Shown: positions 29,184 through 41,532 of the stretch, in pieces | How the letters are laid out: every line of letters begins with the position of its first letter | Numbering within the stretch: position 1 is the first letter of the stretch | Source of the DNA: the human T2T-CHM13v2.0 reference genome, Homo sapiens | Strand: one strand, 5' to 3' | DNA length: 64,000 nucleotides | NCBI RefSeq assembly: GCF_009914755.1 | Contig: NC_060938.1 | The notes under the pieces: generated by a model | The model's input: only the letters and a program-made list of their open reading frames with translations | Database searches by the model: none | What the model was told of the DNA's origin: nothing | Made by a program: the position numbers and the translations under genes

Positions 29184-31424
29184 CACAACAATATGTTATT
29201 ATCTTTGCTTTAGAAGTTATCTTCTAAGTATATTAAAAATAAGAAAAAATTTATATCTAGTCACTCTTTTACCATTTCTGATGCTCTTCATCCCTTTGTG
29301 TAGATACAAATTTCCATCTGGTATTATTTGCCTTTTACTGAAGGACTTCCTTTACTATGTGCAATGATGCTCATGATATATTCTTTTAGATTTTGCATGT
29401 CTGAAAAAGTATTTACTTTCATTTTTGAAGGATATTTTTGCTAGATATAGACTTCTAGTTTGCCAGCTATTTTGTTCATTGCTTTAAATACGTTGTTCCA
29501 CTGTCTTCTGACTTGCATTGTTTCTGATGAGAAATATATTGTCATTCTCATTGCTGTTCCTTTGTATGTAATGTGATATCTTTTTTTTTTCTTGCCTGCT
29601 TTTCAGTTTTTCTTTGTCACTGTTTTTTTAGATACCTGATGATGATGTACTTTAGTTTGGTGTTCTTATTGTTTCTGCTTGGGGTTTACCAAACTCCTTG
29701 GATATGTAGGTTTATAATTTTCTTCATATTGGTAAACTTTTTTGGCCAATTGTTTCTTCAAATATTTTTGCTACACTTCTTTTCTCTGAAACTCCAGTTA
29801 TATGTATGGTAGGCCACATGATGTTATCTTCTTTTGAGTTTCTTTTCTTAAAAGTCTTTTTACTCTGTGTGTTTTATTTTGTCTAGGTTTTATTGCAATG
29901 TCTTCATGTCCCTAAATCTTCTACAATAACTAATCTGTTAATCTCATCAGTGTATTTTTCATCTCAGTTATTATATTATTCATCTCCATAAATTTGACCT
30001 ATGTCTCTTTTTATCTTCCATTTCTGTTCTCAATATGCCTTTGTGGAGTACATTTATAATAGCCGTTTTAACTACCTTGCCTAATAATTCTATAATCTCT
30101 GTCATTACTGGGTCTGTTTCTAGTTATTGAATCCCTCCCACTCCCACTCCCCATTTTTCTTTTTTGCCTGCCTGGTAATTTTTGGTTGGATGTTAGATAT
30201 TGTGAATTTTATATTGTTGGACGGTGGTTCATTTTATTTCTTTAAGTATTTTTGGCTATGTTCTGGAAGGCAGTTAAGCCAGCTTGACTTCATCTAGTTT
30301 TGTTGAAACTTGCTTTTAAACCTTTTTAGATGGGTATAAATCATCCGATAATCTACTGCTAATTTGGCCCTACTAATGAGGCAATCAACCTTTAAGTATT
30401 CCACTTTATACTCTATATATTAGTATTTTTTGCCCACTGGCTAGTGACAATGTAAATTATTCCCAGCTTTTTATGAGCTCTAGGGATTTTTTGATTGTAC
30501 CTTTCTGGTGGTTCTTTTCCTGGTCTTGTTAGTTTCTTAATACACATGTGCTGATCTGTACTCAAAGACTCAAAGGAAATCCTGTCTGTGAATGTCTCTT
30601 CTGCAGTGCTTTACCCCACAAATTCTAGTCACTGTGGCTTCCCCAAACTCCACCCTGCTTCTATTCAACTCAGCAAGACTCTGTTCTGGGTCTGTTTGGG
30701 CTCCCCTTCCCTGTCCCGTGACCTGCTCTCCAGGCAGTGAGCTGGAGCACCCACAGGGATCACTTCATTCATTTATTCTTTCTCTCAGGGATCACCATTT
30801 AGTGTTGCCTGCTTTCCTGCATCTTTAAAAACCATTATTTTATATATTTTGTCCAGTGTTGTGGTTGTTTAAGGCAGAAAGATAAATTTAATCCCTATTA
30901 CTATATTATGATCAGAGCTGGATTCCTTAACTTTTTCACATGAAATTACAATAATTATAAAAACAATACCGCATTATAGACAATATATTAAATGATATAA
31001 AATGCCCTTCTATAAAGTGTTGTCATAGCACATTTTCTTTCAGTAGTTTTTGTCCTCTATGAAGTTTTTAGGCAATATTGTTGGTAAAATGAGACTTTGG
31101 AGTTGCTTGACCCTACAATTTATTATCACTGTTCCATTTTTAATTCTTTTTTATTTTGGGAATATTATCTTCTTTAAGACTCATTTTCTTACCAGTAAAA
31201 TGTGTGGGTAATTGTACCTTCCTTGCAATATTGTAGCAGGGATTGAAAATAAAATATGAAGTATTCAATAAATAGTAGTTATCAATAGTTTCAATTACAC
31301 TATGTATGCAGCTTCATACCTTGATTTTAAAACAATTATAAACATTTGCTATATTGTCTTATAGCATTGATTGATGCATAATGAATGGCCCAATGCATAC
31401 TCATAAACTCTTCCCTTATTTTTG

Positions 31425-31587
31425 TTTATTTCTTTGTAAATACATATTTTTAATTGATATATAATAGATGTACCTATTTTTAGAGTACATATATAATGTT
31501 TTGATACTTTCATATAATGTGTAAAGATCAAGTCAGGGTAATTGGGATATCAATCCTCTTAAATATTTATCTTTTTTTAATGTTAGG
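31425..31587 (-). mobile_element. Very short L1MA 3'-end insertion (163 bp)
   Basis: L1MA-type antisense 3' end; perfect 16-bp TSD tcttcccttatttttg at 31409-31424 and 31588-31603. Confidence 0.85.
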
Positions 31588-33197
31588 TCTTCCCTTATTT
31601 TTGGATATCTGGTTTATTTATAATTTTCTCCCTTAATATACCATCATACCTGGGGCTGTCTTATCTAAATTTAAAAGTTCTTAATACAGCCAATTTGAAG
31701 ATAAGTCTTGATTTGAAACATGTTTGAGATCTTCCTGCATTAGTTCACATGAATTTAACTGGATCTCAGCAGCTTCAACTCTTCATTGTGCTTTTCCTGC
31801 CCCTTCCTGTTTCTTCTCAAGAGAAGACAATTTCTTGCTCATTATTTTCTGTGGTAACTGAGAAGAGGAACTGAGTAGAAAGGTGTTGGGCTGCTAAGAC
31901 CCAGGGCACATCCCATATAGAATTCTTTCTACTCTGTTTTGTGCTTTGGGGAATACAGACGTTGGTTCAGCTGCCCTCATCACAGCTCATGGCTTCTCTT
32001 GTTTTATTCTCTTTCAGGGCAGGGAGTTAGCTCTTGTCTGGATGCCTAATTCAATCTCTATTGACTATGTTTAGTTTTGCATAAATTGTTTACACATTGG
32101 TAAAAATAATTCATTAATCTTTTCTGGTAAACAGTTACAATGACAATAATTTGATTTTGAGTAGAATACAGATGAGACTCATATTAAAACGTTGTATTCA
32201 TAGGTAGGATGTATCCAAAAGCAATTTCATTAGCCTTATCTGTTTGTTTTTTTCATGAAAGGCAATCATTTGTTAAAGAGGGTTCAATGTTTTACTGAGA
32301 ATGGGCCAACTAAAATATTGATTATAGATAGATCCTTCCTGGGAAAAGAGGACCCATGAGTTATAAAAACCTGTGAAATTTAAGTATATGATCTCAAATA
32401 GTCCCTAATGTTTGCTATTGCAAGCTTGGAGAGTCCTTGGTTGAAAAAGCATAATTCTTTCCCCGAAAGAGTTATAGGCTTTTCCCATTATCTGAAGAGA
32501 AACCACCATGTCACAGCCAATCAGGAATGAAATGGGATGAGAGGATGGATAGGCATTTTTTCCTGGTTCATCTCAGGCCTCTTTCTGTCATGCTGGGTTT
32601 GCCTCGCTTCTCCTTAACAAACCGTCTTTCCTTTTTCTCCTACTGTCTTTCCACCAGAGCCCTGGCTGCCACTGGCCCCTTCCTTCGTACTTACTGCCTA
32701 TGCCCATTGGCCACAGAGCTTGATGTTGTTCAGAATATTCACCTGAAAATGAATCTCTTTTGTGAATAACATTTATTCATAGCCTAACTTTGATGCATTT
32801 TTAAAAAATCATTTTCTCACATGAGTAGGGGAGGTACAAAGTGAGCAAAGTGGGAAGAGAATCCATGTGTAATACCCCAAGGGTGAATATTCACAGGAGT
32901 GCTAAAATGTCCCTAATTAATGAACCATTTCCTATTCTGACCAGTAATCTAAGCTATCCATCATCATATAAAAAACAGAACTACATGTTATGATAGCCAA
33001 AAGTAGGATGATGTCTTCCTCTACCCTGTGGTCTTTTAGGAAACCATAACTGATGGCAGTTCTTTCTAGAGGTATTAAAACGGGATGGTGGGCCTTTTAA
33101 AATTTTCGTATGTATTGTGAAATGTTGGATATGTTTAGTGAGGAGTTGTCAGTGTTTTAAGTAAAGGAGAATATATTCTGCCTTCAGTAATTGCATT

Positions 33198-33257
33198 AAT
33201 ACTCAGAATAATTAATACTCAGAAAAATACTCAGATTAATACTCAGAAATACTCAGA
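33198..33257. repeat. Five copies of AATACTCAGA with variable spacers
   Basis: Copies start at 33198, 33214, 33226, 33238 and 33248. Confidence 0.9.
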
Positions 33258-33468
33258 AAAATGTGATGACCAATTTTGGAGGTGAATTTGGGGGTAAGAG
33301 CTGCTGATGGCACCAGCGTTATAGAGGATGGTGAATATGAACTGTGAACTCTAGTTGCATAGAATTTTGCAAAACAATTTTGTTCCTATTGACAAGGGAC
33401 AGTCCCTTTCAAAGACATTACTGTGGAACTCTATTAAGTGCAGGAGAGGAAAGTGTGACCTGGAAATA

Positions 33469-33699
33469 CAGTTGACCCTTGAACAATGTGGGCTTGGACT
33501 GTGTGGATCCACTCACATGTGGATGTTTTCCTACCAGACAGCATTTGCGGGATGTGAATGCCACATATCTGGAGGGCCGACTTTTTGTATGAGTGGGTTC
33601 CACAGGGCCTACTGCAGGACTTGAGTGTATGTGGATTTTTTTATATGAGGGGGTGATGGTTCCTAGAACAAATCCCTTGTGTATACCGAGGAACAACTG
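33469..33699. mobile_element. MER8-like (Tigger2-family) MITE
   Basis: Inverted termini cagttgacccttgaacaa ... ataccgaggaacaactg, flanked by TA. Confidence 0.8.
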
Positions 33700-34214
33700 T
33701 ACATACACAATATATTTTTATATCAGACAAGGTACAGAGAATATTTCTTTCTTGTGTCATCACACGTTTGTGCCCAGGTATTACAGTGCTTCAAAGATAA
33801 GTCTTCATACCTTTAATTTATATTTGAAAAAAAGTTAGAGTCCATCCAGATGAGACTCTTTGGGACCATAAAGTAGACAATTTTCTCTGTAGTATCCAAA
33901 CTGAAAGCCTAAATGGCTCTTGTATTAAATAGGCTAGTTTTATAGAATTTAACATTTTCAGAGCCAATGCAGCAAGATTTTTTTTTTTTTTTTTTACATG
34001 TTCTAACACTTTGCACATAAGAAATTTTCCATTTGGTGTGAGGCATGTGCCAAATGATGGAATGTATTGCCACGTTAGAGTCTGGTTATTCTAAATATAA
34101 AATTAAAAGGAAAAGTAGGGAGATGAGCTCCAGAAAATGGAAAGAAAACACACTGAATTTTTTCTCTTTGGGGAGAGTTTTATTCTGGGGACATTGGAAT
34201 AGTTACCTGAGCAT

Positions 34215-34365
34215 TCAAAACTTTGCTATGCAAAGTGCAGTTGTGGATCAGTAACCTGCCTGGGAGCTTGTTAGAGCTGTGGAATTTTAGGCGTACTAAA
34301 TCAGTCTACATTTTGGCACAATTGCCATGAGATTCATAAGCAGATTACAGTTTGAGAAGCATTGC
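34215..34365. mobile_element. MER5-like hAT MITE
   Basis: 'cctgggagcttgttagagctg...tactaaatcag...cagtttgagaagcattg'. Confidence 0.65.
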
Positions 34366-37158
34366 TCAAAATTGATAAGGGCTGCTCTGTGCATCACCTG
34401 ATATCAGTGTTATGGCTTTAGAGTATAGATGTAATGCTTCTTGATCCTTGGGGAATATTCTTATACAAAAAGGGCTGTGTCAACCTGTATCTCCCTTCTG
34501 TGACTTTGACCTTTCTATGTTTGGTTACATTCCTAGTTGGAAGTGAGGAATCAGGGAATCTTTGGGAATTAGAGAAATTTATGTGGATTGGGTGTACATA
34601 AAATAAAGACCGAAAACTCAAGAATTAGGAAAGAGATGGACAATTTTGAAGGGTAACGAAAACTTCAAGGATATTATTGGTTTTCATGTGGTTAAAACAT
34701 TAAAATTTTTTTTCTCATGTAAGGTTTTTGGTTGTGGCAATAAACACCAGTGCTGGTTGATTTAAGCAGCAAATGAATTGTTTAAAAGATGCTGCTTGGT
34801 TCACAGATTCTGGGAGGGCTGGAGAGCCAGATTGTAGCTATGAAGCCAGGGACAGAGTCCAAGTCAGCCTGTAGAGCTGGGTTGGTGGATACTCCTGTTA
34901 CTGCAGAGCACTAAAGGCTGCAGATGGCACCCCAGGTGCCATTGGTACCAAACCATGCATGCCTGCACCAGACCTGCATTGTGGGGCCTCTGTATTCCTT
35001 ATGGCATCTCTATTCCCAGAGGGAACACTGGGTGATCTCTGTACACTGGGGTGCGTATGTCTGATTGGTGGTGTCTAGACCATGTTCCTTTGTCCCAGGT
35101 GCCAAGGAAGCTGGGAAAGCAAGTCTTTGGTATTTTTGCAGTCATTGTGGAAGGTGACCACTGCCTTGTTAGGTTGGGGAATTTCCCAAACCCAGTTCTA
35201 ACCTAGGGTTCAGATACAGGTGGATAAAAAGAATGATAGATGCTTGATAGAGTTGCGTGTTTGTGTGTGTGCGTGTGTGTGTGCACATGCACGTGTGTGT
35301 GAGTGCGTGTTTACTGTGTTTACTAGGGATATTTATTTCAATAGGGCATCTTCCTGAATTTATGATGCAGGTTGATAATGGAAAAATCGGATTCATTTTG
35401 CATAATTTTGCTTTTTGGTTAAAAATGCTAACATACATATAAAATCAAGAGTACCGATACTTGTTTCAGGTTGCATTTAACCAGGAAAAATCTTGTGTTC
35501 TGTGAGATTGAACAGCTTCCTCGCACTCACGCTGAAATGTGCAGTTCATTGCATTTGCTTTCTAAATGAGAACCACATTTAATGAAACCCTGACCATGTA
35601 ATCAAGATAATGAGGGATTTTTAATTTGGGTGAGTGACTCAGTTGTGGAGTACACACTTTGACTTGTGTTCGGATGGGAGGTTGAGAAATTATCACTGCC
35701 TTGGTGTACATGAGACACAAAGCAGAAAACAAAATCAGCATGCGCTGTGTCATATTTGTACTGAGATAACACCGAGGAACAGCTGTGACTCTTTCAAATG
35801 ACTCCATTTGTTTGATAATTGCTGGGTAAAAATAGTGCCACTATTGGCTATTTCAGGAAGACAGATGGCGTTCTAGATTATGTTCCTTTCCTTGTACCCA
35901 AAAAGAACAGGACCAAGTCTTTCTGAAAATTACTGTCTGTGTGTGTGAAATAGCATCGGGGAAGGGGACAGCGCATTTCAAGCTTTTGCCCCGCAGGTAG
36001 GTAGGAAGCAGGGGCTGAGCCGTAAAGGAAACAGGGAATTCAATTATTCCAGCCTGAGCTAGGGTGGGAAATCAAGGCATCTGTCTGTTGCTTAGGAACA
36101 GAAATATCTTGTGCTTCAGCTACAGTTGGAGAAACCAGGTCATTTACTTTGAGAGTTCACCTACTGGTTATCCAAACAGAGCTGAAGGAGAAAGCACCTC
36201 TTTTCTCCTCCTGGCAGGGGTTGTTTTTCTCATCAGACCTCCTACCTTTCTTCCACTCAGCAAATTCTCTGTTGTTCCTAATGCATTGTCTCAAAACTGT
36301 GCCAATCAAATGACAGTACTACCTGGGGAGGCGGGTGGGAGATGATCGGTTTTCTTCGGGAGCTGGTCCTTGGGTCTTCTTCCCTCCCAGGAAGCCTGGG
36401 GACTGGCGGTGGTGGAGTGCAGTACTCCGCCTTTTGTCTGAATGGCAGGCATGTGATGGTTTGACATCTGGTTGGCATTCTTGTCTGCACCTCAGGGAGG
36501 GAAGGTTGTCACACACACACTCCCACAGTCCGACAGTTAGGTCTGGGGTCAGGCAGGGAGGCAGAAACACAGATCTTTTGTGAAGTATGAGGACTCCACT
36601 TCCTGTGCTAAGGGAGGACCATGAATTGCAACCTTACCCGTGTATATGAATCTCTTTGAGATCTTTCCAAAAAACACACACCTGAGACTTACACCCAGAA
36701 ATTCTGCTTCGTTAGATCTGAGGTATAACCTGGGCCCCTGAGGGTTCAAAAGTTTCCCAGGTAATTAGAACTTAAAAGTCAGTCCCATTTTTCTCCTTAG
36801 CCCCTGCTAAAGAGTGCTGGACTCCCAGATCCAGGCTGGGCATAGAAACGCTTAAGCATGGAGTTCCTGGGTGTCCTCATTTCTGTCCAGAGTTGAGAGC
36901 TTGCCCTGTGGCCTTCTCCCTGGGGAGCTGTGTGTACTCAGGGTCACATGATTCCTGCAACAGTGGGTTCCTTGGTCTTCAGTTTGGGTGGGAACGTTTA
37001 CTCTTTCAGGAGTACCCAGAAGGAGAATCGAGACTTGTAGTTGGGTGGAAACATGCTGGAATTATTTAGGCGTTAACTAGACAATGGGAAACTGGTAGGT
37101 AGAACCTTAATCCCTGGGTGTTTCTGACTAAGCAGGGTGATAAGAGCAGAATGTCCCA

Positions 37159-37231
37159 GGCACACAGGCACACACTGCCAGTATACCTTGCCCTGGGCAC
37201 ACAGACACACACTGCCAGTATACCTGCCCTG
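37159..37231. repeat. Tandem duplication, about 37-bp unit x2
   Basis: ggcacacag(g/a)cacacactgccagtatacc(t)tgccctg occurs twice. Confidence 0.9.
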
Positions 37232-37951
37232 GGCAAGGCCTTGGGGTGTATGAACACTGATCATTTCTACTCACCGTTCTCCAGGGATCCCAGGAAAATC
37301 AGATAGTTTCAATAAGAGTATTACAGTACGCAGAGGCAAAAAACTTAAAAGGACCATGAGATGTAGTTCCTCTTTGCCTCTTCTTTTTATCTTCACAAAG
37401 AAAAAAAGTCATTATATTGAAAATGAAGATGATTAGAAAAGCTTTAAAACATTCTCAGTATGTTTTAAACATTTCTCCTAGAAAACCACAAGCCAAAGGC
37501 AGTTATTTCTTGCCTCCTTTTTGCTCAGTTATGTAAACGTCCATTTGTGGGAATACCAGGTTGATCCGGAAATCTCAATTTAAAGAGAGCTGAGAAGTAG
37601 ACTTGTTATCAGGAGCATGAAAGGAAACACTGTGGGGCAGCTTTAATTTTCATGACTCTCAAATGCAGGGACATGACTGAAGCACAAGGTATCTGATTTT
37701 CAGTTGTACCCGGCCATGAAATCAATCTCTGGGTCTACATAGCCACACTTGAAACAACCTCACATCTCTCACACTGGCTTGCCAAATCTGAGGGACTTTG
37801 ATTTGAGAAAAGAAAAGGAAGACATTTCCACCATTCATACCAAAACCTGGGTTTTTGAAGTAATTTGAATTTCTGATCCTTTTTTTCAGCCTGTACTTGC
37901 CTCTCTTCCTATCACTGCAGAATCCAAAATAAATTCGAAGCTCTCCCTCTT

Positions 37952-38060
37952 CTGCTGTGGACTAGGAAGAGTCAGAGAATGTTAGAAAGATTTTTGCCAA
38001 CCTGCTGTGGACTAGGAAGAGTCAGAGAATGTTAGAAAGATTTTTGCCAACCTGCTGTGG
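37952..38060. repeat. Perfect 50-bp tandem duplication
   Basis: 37952-38001 is identical to 38002-38051; ctgctgtgg occurs a third time at 38052-38060. Confidence 0.95.
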
Positions 38061-38448
38061 GAGGTACAGAATTTCTAAATAGCAGGGGCTTGGAGTGGCA
38101 TTCTAGGCGCTATTAGGGGATTTATCTAGAGGCAATGTCTATGTAGCAAGCATACTTAGTTTGTAATGTTTATATTTAGGATAATGAGAGTGTTGGCTCT
38201 AAACCCCCAGACTTCCCTTCAGTGCTACCACTGTAAGCTATGAATAATCTTTTATATACAGAATTGGATATCTCTCCCCAACCCTTTCCTGCTATTAATT
38301 TGTGTTTTTTTTTAAGTGTGAGTCCATTTCTCTTGATACACTCAATGTGCCTGTAAGGAAGAGGGCCAGCCATATCCCAGCTTGGAATACGACCAAAGCA
38401 GCCAGGACAACTGTGTTATTAATACTTTTTCTCTTTGGCTTCCATAAG

Positions 38449-38548
38449 GATTTAAAAACAAAAACAGAAAAGTGTGCCTTTTCTTGTCTCTCCTACTTGA
38501 CCTTCAAGTTAATAAAATGAGTGACAGAGAGATTACAACTGTGAAGAA
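38449..38548 (+). other. Candidate exon A (speculative)
   Basis: Pyrimidine tract plus AG (tttttctctttggcttccataag), donor AA|gtaagg, one open frame, and ATG at 38517 with A at -3. Confidence 0.3.
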
Positions 38549-38759
38549 GTAAGGATGCCCTTTCAGCCAAGGGTGCTTGTCATACTTTCATCTCTGTGCT
38601 CTTGGAAAATAGTAAGATCTCAATAAACATTCTCTCTTAGCACTTTTGACAAGCAATTCACCTCTCTGGACTGAAGCTCTAACATTGCATGATCTATGAT
38701 TTTAGGACCCAGATAATAATATTGCCAACCCCAGTTTCCATGGGTCCCTTGCTCTTTCA

Positions 38760-41370
38760 TCACCAGTAAACGGCACCATCTTCAACATCTTCGTTTTAAG
38801 GTACCTGCTCTCCGACTCCTGTCCCACCCTCCTGGCGGGAGCTTCTAGTGTTATCACCCCACAGACCTCTAATCCATGGCCTACCACATTTTCATTGTCT
38901 ATGATCCCCTTTCTCTCTTTTCCTTTTTTACTAGTTTAGATTTCACATTATATCATTTAAGCAGTTAAATATGTCAGGAGAAAAATGCATAATTGTGCTC
39001 AGTGATCTACAAATTCCTGACATCGATCTAACATTAGCCCTTGACACTGCCTGGCAATCCTGCCATCTATCCTTTGGATTTTTGTCCTTCTACTCTCCAG
39101 AACAATCACACTGTCTTCTCTCGCCCCAGCTTTCTGGGCTCCTTTCCTATTCACTCTTAGCTGACTATGTTGCTTCCAAATTCACTGAAAAGATAAAAGT
39201 AGTAAGGCAGGCCACATGCCTATCATCGAATCCAGCACCCCACTCATGTCTTTATTTGCACTCCATTTCCCACCTCTGTCTGCAGATGAAATGTCTTAGT
39301 TCCCACCAAAAGCTGCTTCTGCTTATTTACCTCCAGTGCTGCCACAGATATACTGGGCATGCATCCTCATTTGCCCAGTTCAATGATAGTTTCCATTTGT
39401 TGGCTTGGCATAACCGTGAATAAATAGTTCCCCCTAAAGTACCTCAGTTTGTGTGACAAATTATATAGTCTTAATCATGTAATAAACTTCCATATGTGGG
39501 TATGGGGGGTCTGTTTCTGGACTAGCAGGTCAGAGCATCTCTGTGACCACATCATACTGTCTTAGTTGCTTTACAGGTGGTTATGTAGCTTTAACAAGTC
39601 CAGACACAGGGCAGAGCAAGCATTCCTTTCTTTTCTTCAGATGTGAATCAGCTTTTTTTGGTCCTTTACTATTTCATGTGCATTTTAGAATTAGTTCGTA
39701 AAGTTCCACAAAATCCTGTTGGGGTTTTGATTGGAGTTTCATTGAGTCTCTAGATCAATTTTGGAAGAATTAAATCACTGCAAAATCAAATCTTCCTACT
39801 CATTAACACATATATTGCTCTATTTAGTTTTTCCTTAATATCTTTCAGCAAAATTTCACAATTTTCTGCTTATAGGTTAAATACATATTTTGTTAATTTT
39901 TTACTAGATATTTTATGGTTTTTGTTTCTATTGTAAATAGTGTATTAAAAATTGAACTTTTTTTGTTGTGGTACTGTTGACTTGTGTATTATTCTTATAG
40001 GCAGCCAGTTTGTGAAATTTTTATTTATAATGATTTATAAATTTGTCAGGGTTTTCTTTATAGGCAATCATAACACTTGCAAAAATGATGGTTTTTGTTT
40101 TCTTTTTTCTAATCCTTCTACTTTTAAACAACTTGATTGACATGTAGCATACATACAGGAAAGAGCACACATCATAAGGTCACCTCTTGATACATCTTCA
40201 CAAAATGAACAAATTTATTTGACTAGCACCTAGATCAAAAAACAGAACATTATTTGCATCCATGAAGCCCCCCTGGTGCTCTCTTCCATCACTACCTCCC
40301 CAAAGAAAAATGTTTGTGTTTTTATTATATTTTTCTGGTCTTATTGACTTGGCTCTTGCAAAGTTCCCTTTCTTAACATAATCACTTTCTCCCTTTCTGC
40401 TGGAATATTTCCAGTAACATACAAATGTGCTTTGCAGTCTTCCATCTTAAATCTGAAATCACTCTCCCTTGACATTTATGTCCCTTTCTAGCCAGTGCTC
40501 CATTTGGCTGCTCCCCTTCTCAGCAAAACCTTTTGAATAAAAGTCCTATAGTCATGGTCTCTACTTCCTCACTGTACAGTTTTCTTTTCAACTCACTTTT
40601 ATCTGGCTTCCGTTTTGGTATTCCATTGAGGCAGCTCTTGTCATGATACCAGTGTCATCCTTGTTATCAAATCCAATAGATGGCTCTGTTAATATCCTCT
40701 GCATCTCTAAGCATCATTTGATGTAATTAGCCCTTGCCCATTTTGAAACACTTCATTTTCATGGCTTCAATTTTTTGCATTTGGGTGACTAGTTGTTGAA
40801 TGCCCTTCTCTTCACCTAGACTCTAAGTTCCACAATGGCTATGGTGATGTATAGCTTTTTCACTGTTCCATTCCCAGTGTTTAGTCCAGTGTTGACAGTA
40901 GATTGACAAATATTTGTTGCCTGGGCTTTAGGGGTGACAGTATATATCCAGTCACTTTTGTCTCATGTCTACTTAAATGTCTTACGGGTACCTCAACTTC
41001 AACATGTCCAAAATGTGTTTATCATCTTCTTCTACAGTCCCCCTCCTCCACTAGTATTCCCCTTTTGAGAATATACCAGTAACATCCACTAAGCCAGAAA
41101 CCTTAACTCCTTACTTTTTCTCATTCCCACATCCAGTCCATGATTTCTGACCATGGTACTGCCTGCATACTTTTCCCAAATTCATCCTCTTCCTTCTATG
41201 TCCATTTGCATTCTTCTGGCATGCCATTATATTGAATTAATGAAACAGCTTCGAATCTGTTTTTGTTCTGAACTGTTCTGAACTCAGGTATTACTTCCTT
41301 CTAATTAGTCTCCACATAGCAGCCAAAGTGATCCTTTTAAAAATACAGGTCTAATTAAATCACCCTCATA
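38760..41370. mobile_element. Mosaic of old L2 (+) and L1ME (-) fragments
   Basis: L2-like pyrimidine-rich segments (cctcaacttcaacatgtccaaaa; cagccaaagtgatccttttaaaa) flank an antisense L1M segment at about 39400-40310. Confidence 0.55.
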
Positions 41371-41532
41371 TGGCAGACATTGTGCCATATACTATCCTCC
41401 CAATTATAAAAATAGAATGAACAAAGGATAATAAACAAGAGAGTACAGGATTGCACTATTAAAAAAAATTACATGATAAGTAATTTATAGTTAATTTTAA
41501 TATCACTATTCTTTCCACATTTTCAAAGCATC

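Larger units (their letters stand above)
21300..30900 (-). mobile_element. Old L1M (L1ME/MD-like) LINE-1, host to L1MC, the MOCS3 retrocopy and MLT1A
   Basis: Antisense 3' end at 21300-21670, resuming at about 23300 and 25380. RT remnant at 26872-27132 (STDAEKALGKIQHLFLIKTFSKLGIEGN). ORF1/5' remnants extend to about 30900. Confidence 0.75.

Noticed and set aside
33198-33257. CRISPR-like repeat/spacer array
   Set aside because: 10-bp repeats with 0-6 nt spacers in primate DNA, and no cas genes.
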